From contig NC_043001.1 of assembly GCF_006345805.1 (NCBI RefSeq), forward strand, positions 81,282,001 through 81,346,000: DNA of 64,000 bases, written 5' to 3'. A program made the position numbers and the translations under genes. The notes beneath the pieces are model-generated. The model worked only from the letters and a program-made list of their open reading frames with translations, had not been told where the DNA came from and did not search any database. This document shows positions 12,772 to 25,702 of the stretch, piece after piece. Source of the stretch: Octopus sinensis. Taxonomy: Eukaryota. Each line of letters opens with the position of its first letter. Positions within the stretch are counted from its first letter, which is position 1.

Positions 12772-13955
12772 GTAAGTACATTCTATTATTTTGTGCATTT
12801 TTCTCTTTCCTCTCTTTTCTGACAGAGATAATTACAGATCTTCAGCAATGCTCCTGTTTCTGTCCCCCTTCTGTTTCTTTATACCCTTTCAACACTTGGC
12901 ACAAAGCCACTCCACTCAGTACTACTCTCCACTTAGTTGAGGGGTCTTGCCTTGCAAGTTACTTGGTGACCTCACTGGTGTTGGTGCCATGTAAAAAAAT
13001 TACCTAGTGTACTCTATAAACTGGCTGGTGTTAGGAAGAGCGTCCAGCCATAGAATTTATAGCAAAGAACATAGTAGAGTTTGGTGCAGTCATCTGGTTT
13101 GCCAGCTTCTGTCAAAGCTTCCAACCCATGCCAGCATGGGAGACACACATGAAACAATAAAGGTGATCATGTATTTTTGTGTGTGTGTTTCCATATTGAA
13201 CAATATTATTTACTGATGCTGTCGTTTGTGTTACTAATTTTGTAATTTTAAGAATATTACAACAAATGTGGGTATCATTTTAACTACATCATCATTGGTT
13301 GTTTTGCTACTACAACTACTATTGCTGCTGCTGCTACTACTACTACTACGTCACCACCATTGCTACTGTAGCAACTACTATAGTTTTTATATTATACTAT
13401 TTCTCTATATTTCATTAAATGAACCAAAAAGATGTCTGTCAACTGGACAGAACCGCTTTAAGCTTTGTTGCCAGGTGTTAGAATTGAACCTTGCTCCTTC
13501 TTGTTTAACCTGTGAACAGAGATAGTACTTTCTACACTCATTCTAACTCCTCTCTGTGTCTCTCCTTGTCACTCTCCTGTCTACCTTCCTATCTTCCTTT
13601 CTCTCTCTCTCCTCCCCTCTCAGCCTTACCTTGTCTCCTTCATTTCTATCTTTCTGTCTTTCATTCTCCCTCTGCTTTCTCTCTTTCTCTATCCCTCTCT
13701 AACTCTATCTTTTCATACCTCTCTCTCTCTCTCTTTTATATTCCTTCCTATCTTCTCAACCTTCTCATCTCTTGTCACATTTTCAATCATCATCTCTTTT
13801 CTGTATCCTTTTTTCTTCCCTATTACCTCTCTCCTTCATTGTCCCCTAATAACTCACTCTTCTTCTCCTCCTTTTCTTCTCCACCACCACCACTTCTACT
13901 ACTCCTACTCATGTAGTGTGCCACCTCCCCTCTCAAAAATCCCACTCTACCATCC

Positions 13956-13993
<38 letters not shown>

Positions 13994-14526
13994 ACACACA
14001 CACACACTCCATATTAAACTATAAAATTTCCCTAATTGCCACAATTCACCAAAATTTTCCTCTCAGAAAAAGTTCTTGTCTCATTCTATAAACTCTTTCA
14101 CTCATTTCTTTCCTTTTGTTTTCACCACTTTTTCTTCCTTTGTCATTTCATTCTATTATCTTTTTCTTTGCTATTGTATCTTAATTCCTTTTTTTTTTAC
14201 ATGTGTATGTATGTGTATCTATATTTCTTTATGCATGTGTACACCCTTTTGCAATGACTTTCTGAGCATACTAGCTCATGTGTATACACACATACACACA
14301 CACACGTGTACCCACATATATTTACATGCACACACATGCACCCATATATATTTATACATACGCACACACAGATATGTATGTGTAGCTATGTGTATATATA
14401 AATATACACACACAGACACTTAAAATTATGCTGATATCCATATATATATATATATGTGTGTTTGTATAGATAAATAGATAGATAGATAGGAAGGTAGGTA
14501 GGTAGATACTGAGATACCATATATAT

Positions 14527-14575
<49 letters not shown>

Positions 14576-17423
14576 AGAGAGAAAGAGATAGATATAAATA
14601 TGAGCATGTACTCATATATACAATTACACACACACACACAGCACTCAGTGATGTTTCTAATCACTTGCTGAGAAATGTATTATATCCCACAATCCTCTGT
14701 TAATTAAGATGCAAAAACATGGATAATGACATGACTGGATAATGACATAACAATAAATTCTTTGATTTACTCTTCTGCTTTGAATATTGATGCAAAATCA
14801 GTATTTTTAGGGGGAATGGAAAATTTCTGGAATCAATACTAGTAGTTTTCAAGGGATTGGCAAGTCTAATTGAATCATGTAAGTATTTTTAGGGAACAGG
14901 CAAATTTAATGGAATCAAATTTAATGGAAACGGAAACCACATGGTTGGGAAGCAAACTTGTTACCCACACTGCCACACCTACATTTATATGTATATATGT
15001 ATCATCATCATCGTTTAATGTTTGCTTTCCATGCTGGCATGGGTTGGACAGTTTGAAAAGCAGAAAACTACACCTAGATTTCTGTCAATTTTGGCATGGT
15101 TTTTACAGTTGGATGCCCTTCTAAATGCCAACCACTTTACAGTGTGAACTGGATGCCCTTCCCAACATCAACCATGCTGCAGAGTGGACTGAGTGCTTTT
15201 TATGTGGCATAAGCACATGCTAGATCAGGTTTGGCCTGGATTTTACAGTTGGATGCCCTTCCAAAACCCCAACCACTATATAGTGTGGACTGGATATTTT
15301 TTATGTGGCACCAGCACTGGAAGGGTCACCAAGAAACTTGCAAGACAAAGATCATTAAAGAGGGGAGAGGGCATTGGAAAGGTGATCTTGTGCCAGATCT
15401 ACATATCACATAATCACATGACCAAGCAGGCTATGAGAAGCTGTTACACATCGCTGGTCACAATGCACTTTTCTGTTGTTTTAACCTTAAAAGATGTCAC
15501 CCCACTGGCTAGGCATGCAGGCCAACAATCCCTTCACTGCTCGAAGGGGAACTGGCGCAATGTGAAATGAAGTGTTTTGCTCAAGAATACAATGCACTGT
15601 TCTGTCAGGAAATTGAACCCACAACTAAGTGATTGTGAGTGCAACAGCCTAGAAAGAAAGAATGAGCTAGCAAAACATGGTAAAAAAAAATAGGATCAAA
15701 AATCCTTCCTGAGCCATAGGTTAACAAGACCAGTTTCCTGTATTCACTGGTATATAGAGTTATCATCTTGCTTGGAAACAGTTGAAGGCTGGTGACAGGA
15801 AATGCATTCTTCCATAGAAAATCCTTCTCAACAAATACCATCTGACTAATGCAAGCATGGAAAAGTAGATGTTAAAACTAATGATTATTATTAAGAACGA
15901 TATCCTTTGCTTTTTAACATGGTAGAATGTGGTGTGAAACAGATTTGGCTGCTATTTCTAAATAACTGAGGTATTATATTAATTAAAGACTCACTTGCTG
16001 GTTTTAACCAAACTAATAACGCATTGCTTGTAGATTGATAAAGTTTAGCATTAAAATTGAAGGGCTGTAGAATCTACTTAAAATGGCTTTAAGGGTAGGG
16101 CATAGACAAAAGAAAACCATTATTCTAAAGGATTAAAAATAAAATGTGGTTTAGAAGTATGCATGTGTAGGAGTGTTAGAAACAAGACAGCCAAACTTAC
16201 ACACTGTTATTACTGCAGCACATTTCACAATCTACCCTGTCTTCCATCCAATCTTTCTTCTAAGGTCAGTTACCACTATTATTCTGCTGTAGAACTTTGG
16301 TGCCATTAAGACTATTACAAGATATAATTAGTATTTCCTCTTCTTCTTTCCTTTCTTCTTTTTTTACTGTGTGTATGTGTGATGTCCTTATCTTAATTAA
16401 ATAGTACTTTCGCACAAAATCTTAATCCTTCAGTTCAAGTAACCTAATCCAAGTTTTTAAATTTTCTAAATCTTCTTAAAAAAAAAAATTCATTTCCTCC
16501 CACCCACAAACATTACGTGGCCACTCTCACTCTCTCCCCCCTCTCTCTCTCTCTCTGTACTTTATACTCATTTTTATTCTTGTTTCATTTCTTAATCTTT
16601 CTTTCAATTAGTGGATGAAATGCTTAGTGGCATTTTGCCTGTCTTTATATTCTGAGTTCAAATCCCACCAGGGTAAACTTTGCTTTTTCATCCTTTCAAG
16701 GCCCAATATTCTAAAGTATCATTCAAGTGCCAGGGCCAGTGCAATTGACTTGCAGCCCACCCCAACTAAAACTGCTCGCCTCATGCAAATTTGAAACCAG
16801 TACAGAAGACTGGAAAAGACCACATCATCACACACATACCCATGTATATTTGTGTATATGTGTTTGTAGTTATGTATATTCAACATGCTTTTTTCAGTTT
16901 CCATCTACCAAATCCATTCACAAAACTTCAGTTGGCCTAAAGTCTAAGTGCTGCACAGTGGTACTGAACCTAAAATTATATGGTTGGGAAGCAAGCTTCT
17001 TAACCACACAGCCACACTTGCACCTGTATATGTATATATAAAGTGGAGAGATTCAATGGATATAAATTAATTAATTGACAAAAAGTACCTTTTGAGCATT
17101 GGGCCTCACCAAAGCAATGACAAATGACTGAGACCTTTTGGTAATATGCCATGCTGGAGCATCAATATGCCATGCTGCACCCATTAAGCCAAATGAAGTC
17201 CTAGTTATGGCAGATACTGGTGTCATGCAACTGGCATCCATGCCAGTGGCACATAAAAGCACCCATTATACTCTTGGAGTGGTTGGCATTAGGAAGGGCA
17301 TGCAGCCATGATAACCATGCCAAATCAGACTGAAGTTTTGTGCAGCCCCTCAGCTTACCAGCCCTGGTCAAACTATCCAACCCATGCCAACTTGGGCAAC
17401 AGACGTTAAATGATGGTAATGAT

Positions 17424-17731
17424 ATATATGTATAGATATATATATATATGTATAGATATATATATATATGTATAGATATATATATATATGTATAGATATA
17501 TATACATATGTATAGATATATATACATATGTATAGATATATATACATATGTATAGATATATATATATATGTATAGATATATATATATATGTATAGATATA
17601 TATATATGTATATATGTATATAGTATATATACTATATATATATATATATATATATATATTATGTGTGTTGTGTGTGTATAGATATATATATATATGTATA
17701 GATATATATATGTAGATATATATATATGTAT

Positions 17732-17779
<48 letters not shown>

Positions 17780-17780
17780 A
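17424..17780. repeat. TA-rich minisatellite (unit TATGTATAGATATATA, 18-20 bp period)
   Basis: Direct reading. The same unit recurs at ~17910-17975 and 18513-18740. Confidence 0.92.
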
Positions 17781-17927
17781 CTAATTATCTTTTTTAATAA
17801 TTTGATAAATATTTAAAATAATATAAATTGATTAATCTTATGTATTGGCTTAAGTTTTTCATTGTATGATTTGACTAATAGTGGTTTTATCTCTAATTTA
17901 ATATAATATATAGATATATATATGTAT

Positions 17928-17967
<40 letters not shown>

Positions 17968-17974
17968 AGATATA

Positions 17975-18510
17975 TACTTTGATACTTTGATACTTTGATA
18001 GGTTTCGGCCATTATTGGCCCAGGCCATGTCTAACTTAATAGCACCACCTGGTGAAGTCTTTCAAGTCAGAATTTGGGCACTATGGCCCACTCAAGTAGA
18101 GAGTTATTGTTTACAGAGACATATCCGGTTTGTAGGGGGTTTATCGGGATTTCTTGAAGGAATCTGTCCAAAGACTTCTTGAACCCTATAGGGTCAGTTC
18201 TGTTTTAATGTGTTTTGGTGTAATGTTAGAGAGAGCGGGGCCAATTGAGGTGAAATAATTGTGCCGTATTATTGTTATGAGATGAGAGTGCGATTTTTGT
18301 TTTGGGCGGATGGCACGGGGCCCAAGCCTTGGATGTACCTTGAAGGTGATGCCAACATCATTTGGGCAATGCTGATGGAATATTTTCCACATCATGCAGA
18401 TGATGTAGCGCTCACGACGACGTTGGAGAGAATAGAGTTTTAGCTTTTCTAGTCGACCCCAATAGTCGAGGCCTGTCATGCCATCTATCTTTTTTGTGAT
18501 TGCCCTTTGC
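17975..18510 (-). mobile_element. CR1-clade LINE, 5'-truncated 3' end
   Basis: [35 protein letters not shown]...FKVHPRLG, then after frameshifts GFKKSLDRFLQEIPDKP...NNNSLLEW. This is the typical CR1 ORF2 C-terminus. 3' tail is the 8-nt repeat (TCAAAGTA)3. Confidence 0.88.
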
Positions 18511-18512
18511 CA

Positions 18513-19110
18513 TATATATATATGTATAGATATATATATATATGTATAGATTTATATATATGTATAGATATATATATATGTATAGATAATATATATGTAT
18601 AGATATGTATATATATGTATATATATGTATATATATATAGATAGGATATAGTATATATATAGGTATATATATGTATAATATATGGATATATATAGATGAT
18701 ATATATGTATAGATATATATATATGTATAGATATATATATATATATGTATATATATATAGGTATATANNNNNNNNNNNNNNNNNNNNNNNNNNNNNNNNN
18801 NNNNNNNNNNNNNNNNNNNNNNNNNNNNNNNNNNNNNNNNNNNNNNNNNNNNNNNNNNNNNNNNNNNTGTATATATACAATATATATATGTATATATGTA
18901 TATATACATATATATATATGTATATATATATATATCCCTATATATTATGTATATATTATATATACATAGGTATATATGTATATATGTATATATATAGATA
19001 TATATGTATATATGTTATTCTACATATATATATATGTATATATATATATATACATATATATTAGTTATATCTATATATCATATATATATATGTATATATA
19101 TGTATATATA
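18513..19110. repeat. Degenerate (TA)n tract containing a scaffold gap
   Basis: Direct reading. Confidence 0.95.
18768..18867. other. Assembly gap (100 N)
   Basis: Exactly 100 N, a placeholder for a gap of unknown size. Confidence 0.99.
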
Positions 19111-19425
19111 CACACACACCACACACAAGTTTTTCTCCCCACCATTCTTCTATTATTATTATTATTATTATTATTTTTGTAGTAGTTTTAGTACAAAAAA
19201 GACTAGTCTTTTTTTTATTGTTGCATTCAGTGTAAAAGAAATAAATTGCAGAGACCTTTTTTTTTTTATTATATGTCAGACTATGTGTGCATGTGTGTGT
19301 GTGTGTGTGCACTGTATTTGCTGCTGGTTATTGGTTAAAAAGATTGATGCTATTCAGTTGTGAAATTAATTTTATATGTGTGTGGATATATATATATAAC
19401 TTTTTTTCTCATTTTCTATTGGCAG

Positions 19426-19530
19426 TATACCGGATCAAAATTATGTCCACGGATTGAATATGATTCGGCTGTCATACCTGTTGCCTCTGGCACAGAAAAA
19501 AGCGTTTCCTTGAAGGCAATGAACTTAAAA
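19426..19530 (+). CDS. PLXN: Plexin exon, end of PSI and start of TIG-like domain (phase 0-0)
   Basis: Acceptor ttttctattggcag, donor gtaagt. 35 codons, YTGSKLCPRIEYDSAVIPVASGTEKSVSLKAMNLK. Confidence 0.92.
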
Positions 19531-19809
19531 GTAAGTAACAGAGATTATTTTTGTCTCTCTTAATTAATATTTATTTGAATTTCTCTGTGTGCATGTGATT
19601 TCATTAATCTGAGATGTGATGTCTAAGCCCATCACCTTTCTTTAACTCTCTTCCATTGACTGAAGTTAATTAAGCTTTCTAATTTAAAACTAGTTTATCT
19701 TTGATTCTTTCCCAATGAGAAGAGGAGGAAGAAGATATTGCAAACGATACATACATGGCTTGGGATTTCTGATGGAATATGTGTTGGAGCATAGTACACT
19801 ACAGAATTT

Positions 19810-20345
19810 ACAAGACGCATCTTATTGATGCTCTAGGATGCCTCATCAGTGGTGCTTCTGAGTTCTCTGGGGGTTTTAAGTCTTTCAACATTAGACCTTT
19901 CCAACCCAGTTGATCCATCTAGGGTTAAGTCCCAGCTTCCATCCCAATAGCAGTGAACTACTGGCCTACCCACTTTATCCAAGGCCACCTAGCGGCCTTC
20001 CCTGCAGATTCAGTAATTGAGTTCATGGTCCTCCTTTTTGTTGCACCAATAACTCCAAGATCAGTCAGATCTTTGCAGAATGAATGCCCCCATAAACCCC
20101 CAGCTTCCTACTTCGAAAGCTTTGCAATGCACTTGCCAGCCATGGTTTCTACACTGGTATTTGGTAAGCCTCTTCTAAGGAGTTTCCTCCATATATCCTT
20201 CCTAAGGTACAGTTATTTTCCACATGATCACCTGTTCAGTGGAATTTGAGATTACTATCTCTGAGCTGAGTGTTGTTGTTACATTGTGATCTGGAAACAG
20301 ATCAGGCAACATGCTATCACCTTGTTATTGCTTAGTTCCCAATCA
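19810..20345 (-). mobile_element. Decayed RLE-type non-LTR retrotransposon 3' end (HERO-like)
   Basis: FPDHNVTTTLSSEIVISNSTEQVIMWKITVP*EGYMEETP*KRLTKYQCRNHGWQVHCKAFEVGSWGFMG/HSFCKDLTDLGVIGATKRRTMNSITESAGKAARWPWIK matches the RPD..ELTVPWE..KY..EVG.RGF..RWLWIK pattern of restriction-like endonuclease domains. Contains stops and a frameshift. Confidence 0.82.
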
Positions 20346-22073
20346 TTTTTTATTTTTCAGACAAATGATCAAAATCAGGGTCATGTTTGCAGCATTATAA
20401 TCCCCAAGTAAATCACTGCATTGGGCCCTATAGTAAATTTTAATCGACATCAAGCCTCAACTTACATAGATCAGAATTTCAGCCCTAGACCTATGATGCT
20501 TCTGGGCAACTACCCCATGTGACCATTCCTTAAGATGGCACTAGTCAAAATAATTATAGTCACAGCCAGCCAGTCCTCTTTTTTTTTTAGACAATGTTTA
20601 TCTTAGACTATGTTTTCAAATGCGACCTCCTATCTATGAAGTGATAAATTCAAGAAGGATTTTGCTGCTATTATAAGTTAATTAGCCTCTACGAAGACTC
20701 ATGTATGGAATAAAATCTTTGAGGGCAAGGTGGCTGGTGAAATTGTAGAAATAATAGGAAAGTTGATAGAAGTGTACTTTAAATGACTATATTATTCATT
20801 CAGAAAGTGAAGGAATTACATAGAGCAATTTAAAGAGAACAGAGATAGTCAGATATGCCAAATCCTCAGCAGTGAAACAGCTGCACCCAGTTGCCTCATT
20901 ATGTTGCCCAGTACCATTGCTTTACAAAAAAAGCTTAAGTAATTTAAAGGAAACCCTCTCTTAGATCACCAAACCAGGAATTTTAATTATTTTACTATTC
21001 TAAATTCATAATTCTAAATATTAAATTATTTTCAACAAGGATTTTTCCTCCTTTACTTTTCTTTTTTTCTCCCCACTCCTTTGACTAAACAGGCATACAG
21101 CCTCCTAACACATTCACTCACTCACTCTCTCTCTCTCTCACACACACACACACGTGCTCTGTATCTCTCCGGTCTTCACTGTTGTCTACCCGAAGGGCAT
21201 CAATCAAAATCATCTAATATATCATCATCATCATCATCATCTTCAACTTAATGTTGCTCTTCTTCATCTTGTTGTAGTTGTTGTTCTTGTTACTGTAGTT
21301 TCTTCCCTTCTACCTCCTCGCCTTCCTCTTCCCTTTACTTTCATTCTTTCTTTCTTCTCCTTCCATTTTCCAAGAAGGGGTAGATTTGTGCAGTTTAAGG
21401 TATTTTCTTCTCACTCCTTTCTACCCTGCTACCCTATTGCAACCACTTCCTTTACTCAATAACACTACACATACCACACTCATCCACCCATTCACCTCCA
21501 TTTACTCAACATTACCCATGGTTTTGTCATTAACCCCTTTACCACCACTTCCGCCCTCACTTCTTATCTGTAATATTTCTAACCAATTTACTATTCCTTA
21601 CCATTGAAGTCAACGCCCACTCACTACTTTTCCATTCCCTCCAACCCCTTCACTGTCACTAGCCTTTGAGAACTTTTTCACCATAGACACAGGAATGACT
21701 GTGTAGTTAAGAAGCTATTTTTTTGCAACCATGTGGTTTCAAGTTCAATCTCACAGCATAGCATCTTAAGTGACTTCTGCTATAATTCCATGCCACCATC
21801 TGGAACACACACACACACATGAGTGAGAGAGACACACTCACACACACATGCATACATGTGTATCTTTTATTGTTCCCCCCACCATTGCATCACAGTTCAG
21901 TCGATCTCTTTTACCAAATCACTAAGTTACAGGAGCATAGACAAACCAACACCAGTTGCCAAGTGGTAGTGGAGAACAAGCACAAAGGCCTACTCATGTG
22001 TATACACACACATATATTGTCATCATCATCCACATATCCATACTATGTGGTTTAGATGCAGTTTACTGAGGTC

Positions 22074-22326
22074 TTCTTGTCTTGTCTTGAGACAGCATTC
22101 ACCCTGGGTGGGTTGAGCTGGCTTCATTCATCCTCAATGCTGCATCTCTCACAAACACCGACCAGACCTGGCGATTTGAGGCTAACCACCACGTGATCTC
22201 CAACTACTCCTTATTCCAGCGGCGAATGCCATAGACATGGGGGCCTAGGTTGGGTTCCAGATCAGCCTTGATCGTCATCAGCCAGGTTTTTCGTTGTCCA
22301 CCACATTGCTTTCGCCAACCCTGAGG
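22074..22326 (-). mobile_element. RTE-clade LINE 3' end fragment
   Basis: PQGWRKQCGGQRKTWLMTIKADLEPNLGPHVYGIRRWNKE*LE...LASNRQVW resembles RTE ORF C-termini. Ends in a (CAAGA)n tail. Confidence 0.72.
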
Positions 22327-24669
22327 TAATTTACAATGGCTGGATACCCTTCTTGTTGCCAGCCCTCACCTGTTTCCAAGCAAGGTAATATTTCCCCGTG
22401 GCCAAACATATTCTTGCAGAACAATGGAAGTAAATGACACTGTTTGTATCACAGTAACACTCATTTACAACTATCATGCAATGTCAAGACAAGGAAACAC
22501 GAACATAGACACACATGCATGCAGGCATGCATACATACATGTGTTCATTCGATCATTTGTCTGGATGAACCGATGGAGTTTGCAAATCCAGTACTGAAGA
22601 TAGACTTTCAGCTTCACACCTATTATTATTGGAGCAACAGGATATATCTGGTGCAAACTTGGGGTCTTGGGGAGAGAATGCAAATCTTAAATTCATACGC
22701 TACAAATTGTCATGATATCTACAACTATATTTTTATGCAAGACCTTAATATTTAAAGGATGGTTAAGACAAGATACTTTCCTTTACAGCCTTCGTACAAA
22801 GTAGGTGACTGGTCAAAATTTACCCTAAAATTAAAAAGAGGAAGAGAAGCATGCACACATGCACATGCATATACACATAGTCCATATGATGGGCTTCTTT
22901 CAGTTTCCATCTACCAAATCCAGTCTCAAGGTCTTGGTTGCTATAGCAGAAAACACTTGCCTGAGGTGAGACTGAACTCAGAATCATGTTGTTTGGAAGC
23001 AAACTTCTTACCATGTAAGCCATCCTTGCAACTACACCTTATATATGCAGACACAAGCACACACATGTACACAAATGTATGCACACACACACAAAAACAC
23101 ACACAGAAAAAGAAAAGTGTGAGAAAAAAAGTAAGCACTCCACTCTTGTTCTGCCAACAATTTCAAGCCCTACCCTAACCAGCATAGAGTGAGGTTATTA
23201 AAATTAATAAATAAAATAAGAGTGGTGTTAAAAGGGATGACACCCTGATTACCACCACTGCCATATTGGGATTGCAGTATTGTCAATAAACGAATAAAAG
23301 TGTGTAAGGGTGTTTTCTGTTGTTGTTTTTTTAAAGTTGGGTGGCAGACATTGTGTCTTCTACATCCACCACTGCTTCCAAAAGGGAATTGTTAAAATTC
23401 AAATGAATAAATAAATAAAGGAGTGTTGAAAAAAAGCATCAACATCATCATTGTTATTACCATGAAATGTGCTGCTGGCCCTCATGGCAAAAGTTATAAA
23501 AATGTACTTCCAGCTGTAGAAAAATAGCTGGGCTCTGTGTTGTGTGTGTGTGTGCTTGTGCATGCATGCGAGGGGAGGAATGGCATTTGAGGTGTAATGA
23601 AACAAATGAGGAGTGGATGATAAATAGAAAATATAGCTAAAGAAAATATTTTGAAATACCCTCTAACTATCCATTAACATTTAAGGAGTTTGTTTTTTAT
23701 ACATTTATTTTATTATTGCTATTATCATTATTATTATTGGCTCTAATGTTAGAATTTATTCACCATCATCATTTTGTTATCATTAAAAGATTATCAAAAA
23801 AATAAAAAGGGAGAGAGAAAGTGGGGAAGAAAAATGCTATTTTCTGGAGTGTACCCCTGCCATCATGTTTTATTTCTAAAGCAAATTTTCCTTATGGTGT
23901 TATTATAAGATTCTTGACATTTCACTGAGTTTTTACTTCTGGGTTTCATGCATGTGGCATAGGTGGGGAGATACACCCTGTTTTCACTTCCTTCCCCCAT
24001 CACTGTGAGAAGAATGTCAATTATGAAGAAGAGATTGAATGCAATAATGTTTTTAATTTAATTTGTAATGTCTTTTTATAAGAATTACAATATATTCTAA
24101 TTCAAGAATTCATTAAGAGAAAAATATTTATTTAGTGAAAAAAATTATAAAATAAAAATCCTGAAAGAAGTTATCTCCCCCTACCAACTCCATCTGCCTA
24201 AATTATAAAACAAAAACAAATTTTTAAAAAACCAATTAGTAATGATTACTATTATTACTATTATTAAGGTGGTGAGCTGGCAGAACCATTAGCATGCTGG
24301 ACAAAATGCTTAGCAGCATTTCATCTGCAGCTATATTCTGAGCTCAAATTCCACCAAGGTCAACTTTGCCTTTCACCCTTTCAGGGTCAATAAATTAAGT
24401 ACCAGTGAAAGACTGGGGATCGACTAGACCCCATCCAAAAAATTTCAGGCCTTGTACCTTTATTAGAAAATATTACCTCCTGGAGGGTGGTTGGGGTTTG
24501 CTCCCCCTGCTAACAATATATTATATATAAAGGGTGCAGAGTCATACCGATAACCGGCTGGTGGAGAATCTGCCTGGAGTTAAAATAGTTGTGACATGAA
24601 ACAGCCACTTTTATATGGTGACTGACTTTACTTTTTAGTATAGTTACTAACCTGGTCTCTTCTTGAGAT

Positions 24670-25003
24670 TTACAACTTGGCTTCCGTGCCGGTGGCACAT
24701 AAAAAGCGCCATCCAAATCGTGGCCGATGCCAGTGCCGCCTCGACTGGCTTCCGTGCCAGTGGCATGTAAAATGCACCAATCCGACCGTGGCCATTGCCA
24801 GCCTCGCTTGGCACTTGTGCAGGTGGCACGTAAAAAGCACCCACTACACTCTCGGAGTGATTGGCGTTAGGAAGGGCATCCAGCTGTAGAAACACTGCCA
24901 GATCAAACTGGAGCCTGGTGCAGCCTTCTGGCTTCCCAGATCCCCGGTCGAACCGTCCAACCCATGCTAGCATGGAGAACGGACGTTAAACGATGATGAT
25001 GAT
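24670..25003 (+). mobile_element. Family B element, well-preserved copy
   Basis: GTGCCGGTGGCAC hairpin modules, then GGTTGGCGTTAGGAAGGGCATCCAGCTGTAGAAAC, ending GGACGTTAAAC(GAT)n. Other copies at ~5300-5510, 15000-15330 (-), 17215-17420, 26190-26420 and 32120-32320 (-). Confidence 0.88.
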
Positions 25004-25236
25004 TATCATAGAGGATACATGGCCTAGTATTTAAGGTGTTGCACTCATGATTGTAAGATCGTGGTTTCAATTCCTAAACCAGGTGGTATGTTGTGTTCTT
25101 GGACAAAATACTTCTTCTCACATTACTTTGTGATCTCTTTGACACCTGACTATAGTACACCATGCACCTGTTCAGGGGACATTGATTTGATGGAGGGAGT
25201 GAGCTCATGTATGGCACATATATTTGATCACTAAAC

Positions 25237-25702
25237 CAGTGGTTCCCAACCTGTGGTCCATGGACCCCTGGTGGTCTGCAAAGGTAGTAGTGGGGGGGAG
25301 GGTCCATGAACAAGTTAGGCTGACAGACCTTTCAATATCCTGGGATGCATGAGGAAAACTCATTGTAAAAAGCACCATCCGTTCGTGGCCGTTGCCAGCC
25401 TCGCCTCGCCCCCATTCCAGTGGCACTTAAAAAGCACCATCTGATTGTGGCCGTTTGCCAACCTCATCTGGCACCTGTGCCGGTGGCACGTGAAAAGCAC
25501 CCACTACACTCACGGAGTGGTTGGCGTTAGGAAGGGCATCCAGCCGTAGAAACATTGCCAGATCAGACTGGGCCTGGTACAGCCTTCTGGCTTCCCAGAC
25601 CCCAGCTGAACTGTCCAACCCATGCTAGCATGGAAAGCAGACGCTAAACGATGATGATGAATGATGATGGGTCCTTGGTAGTGAAAAGGTTGGGAACAAC
25701 TG
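25237..25702. mobile_element. hAT/Charlie-type MITE
   Basis: TIRs CAGTGGTTCCCAACCT / AGGTTGGGAACAACTG (1 mismatch). Imperfect 8-bp TSD from target ctataaac (TA at positions 4-5). Confidence 0.8.
25365..25669 (+). mobile_element. Family B element nested inside the hAT MITE
   Basis: Matches 24670-25003 and ends in (GAT)n. Confidence 0.85.

Noticed and set aside
24677-24840. Possible HDV-like ribozyme (GGC-UUCCGU-GCC as P3/L3, CGUAA as J4/2) in the family B module
   Set aside because: I could not find the required P1 and P2 pairings by eye, so it is unsupported without a descriptor search.
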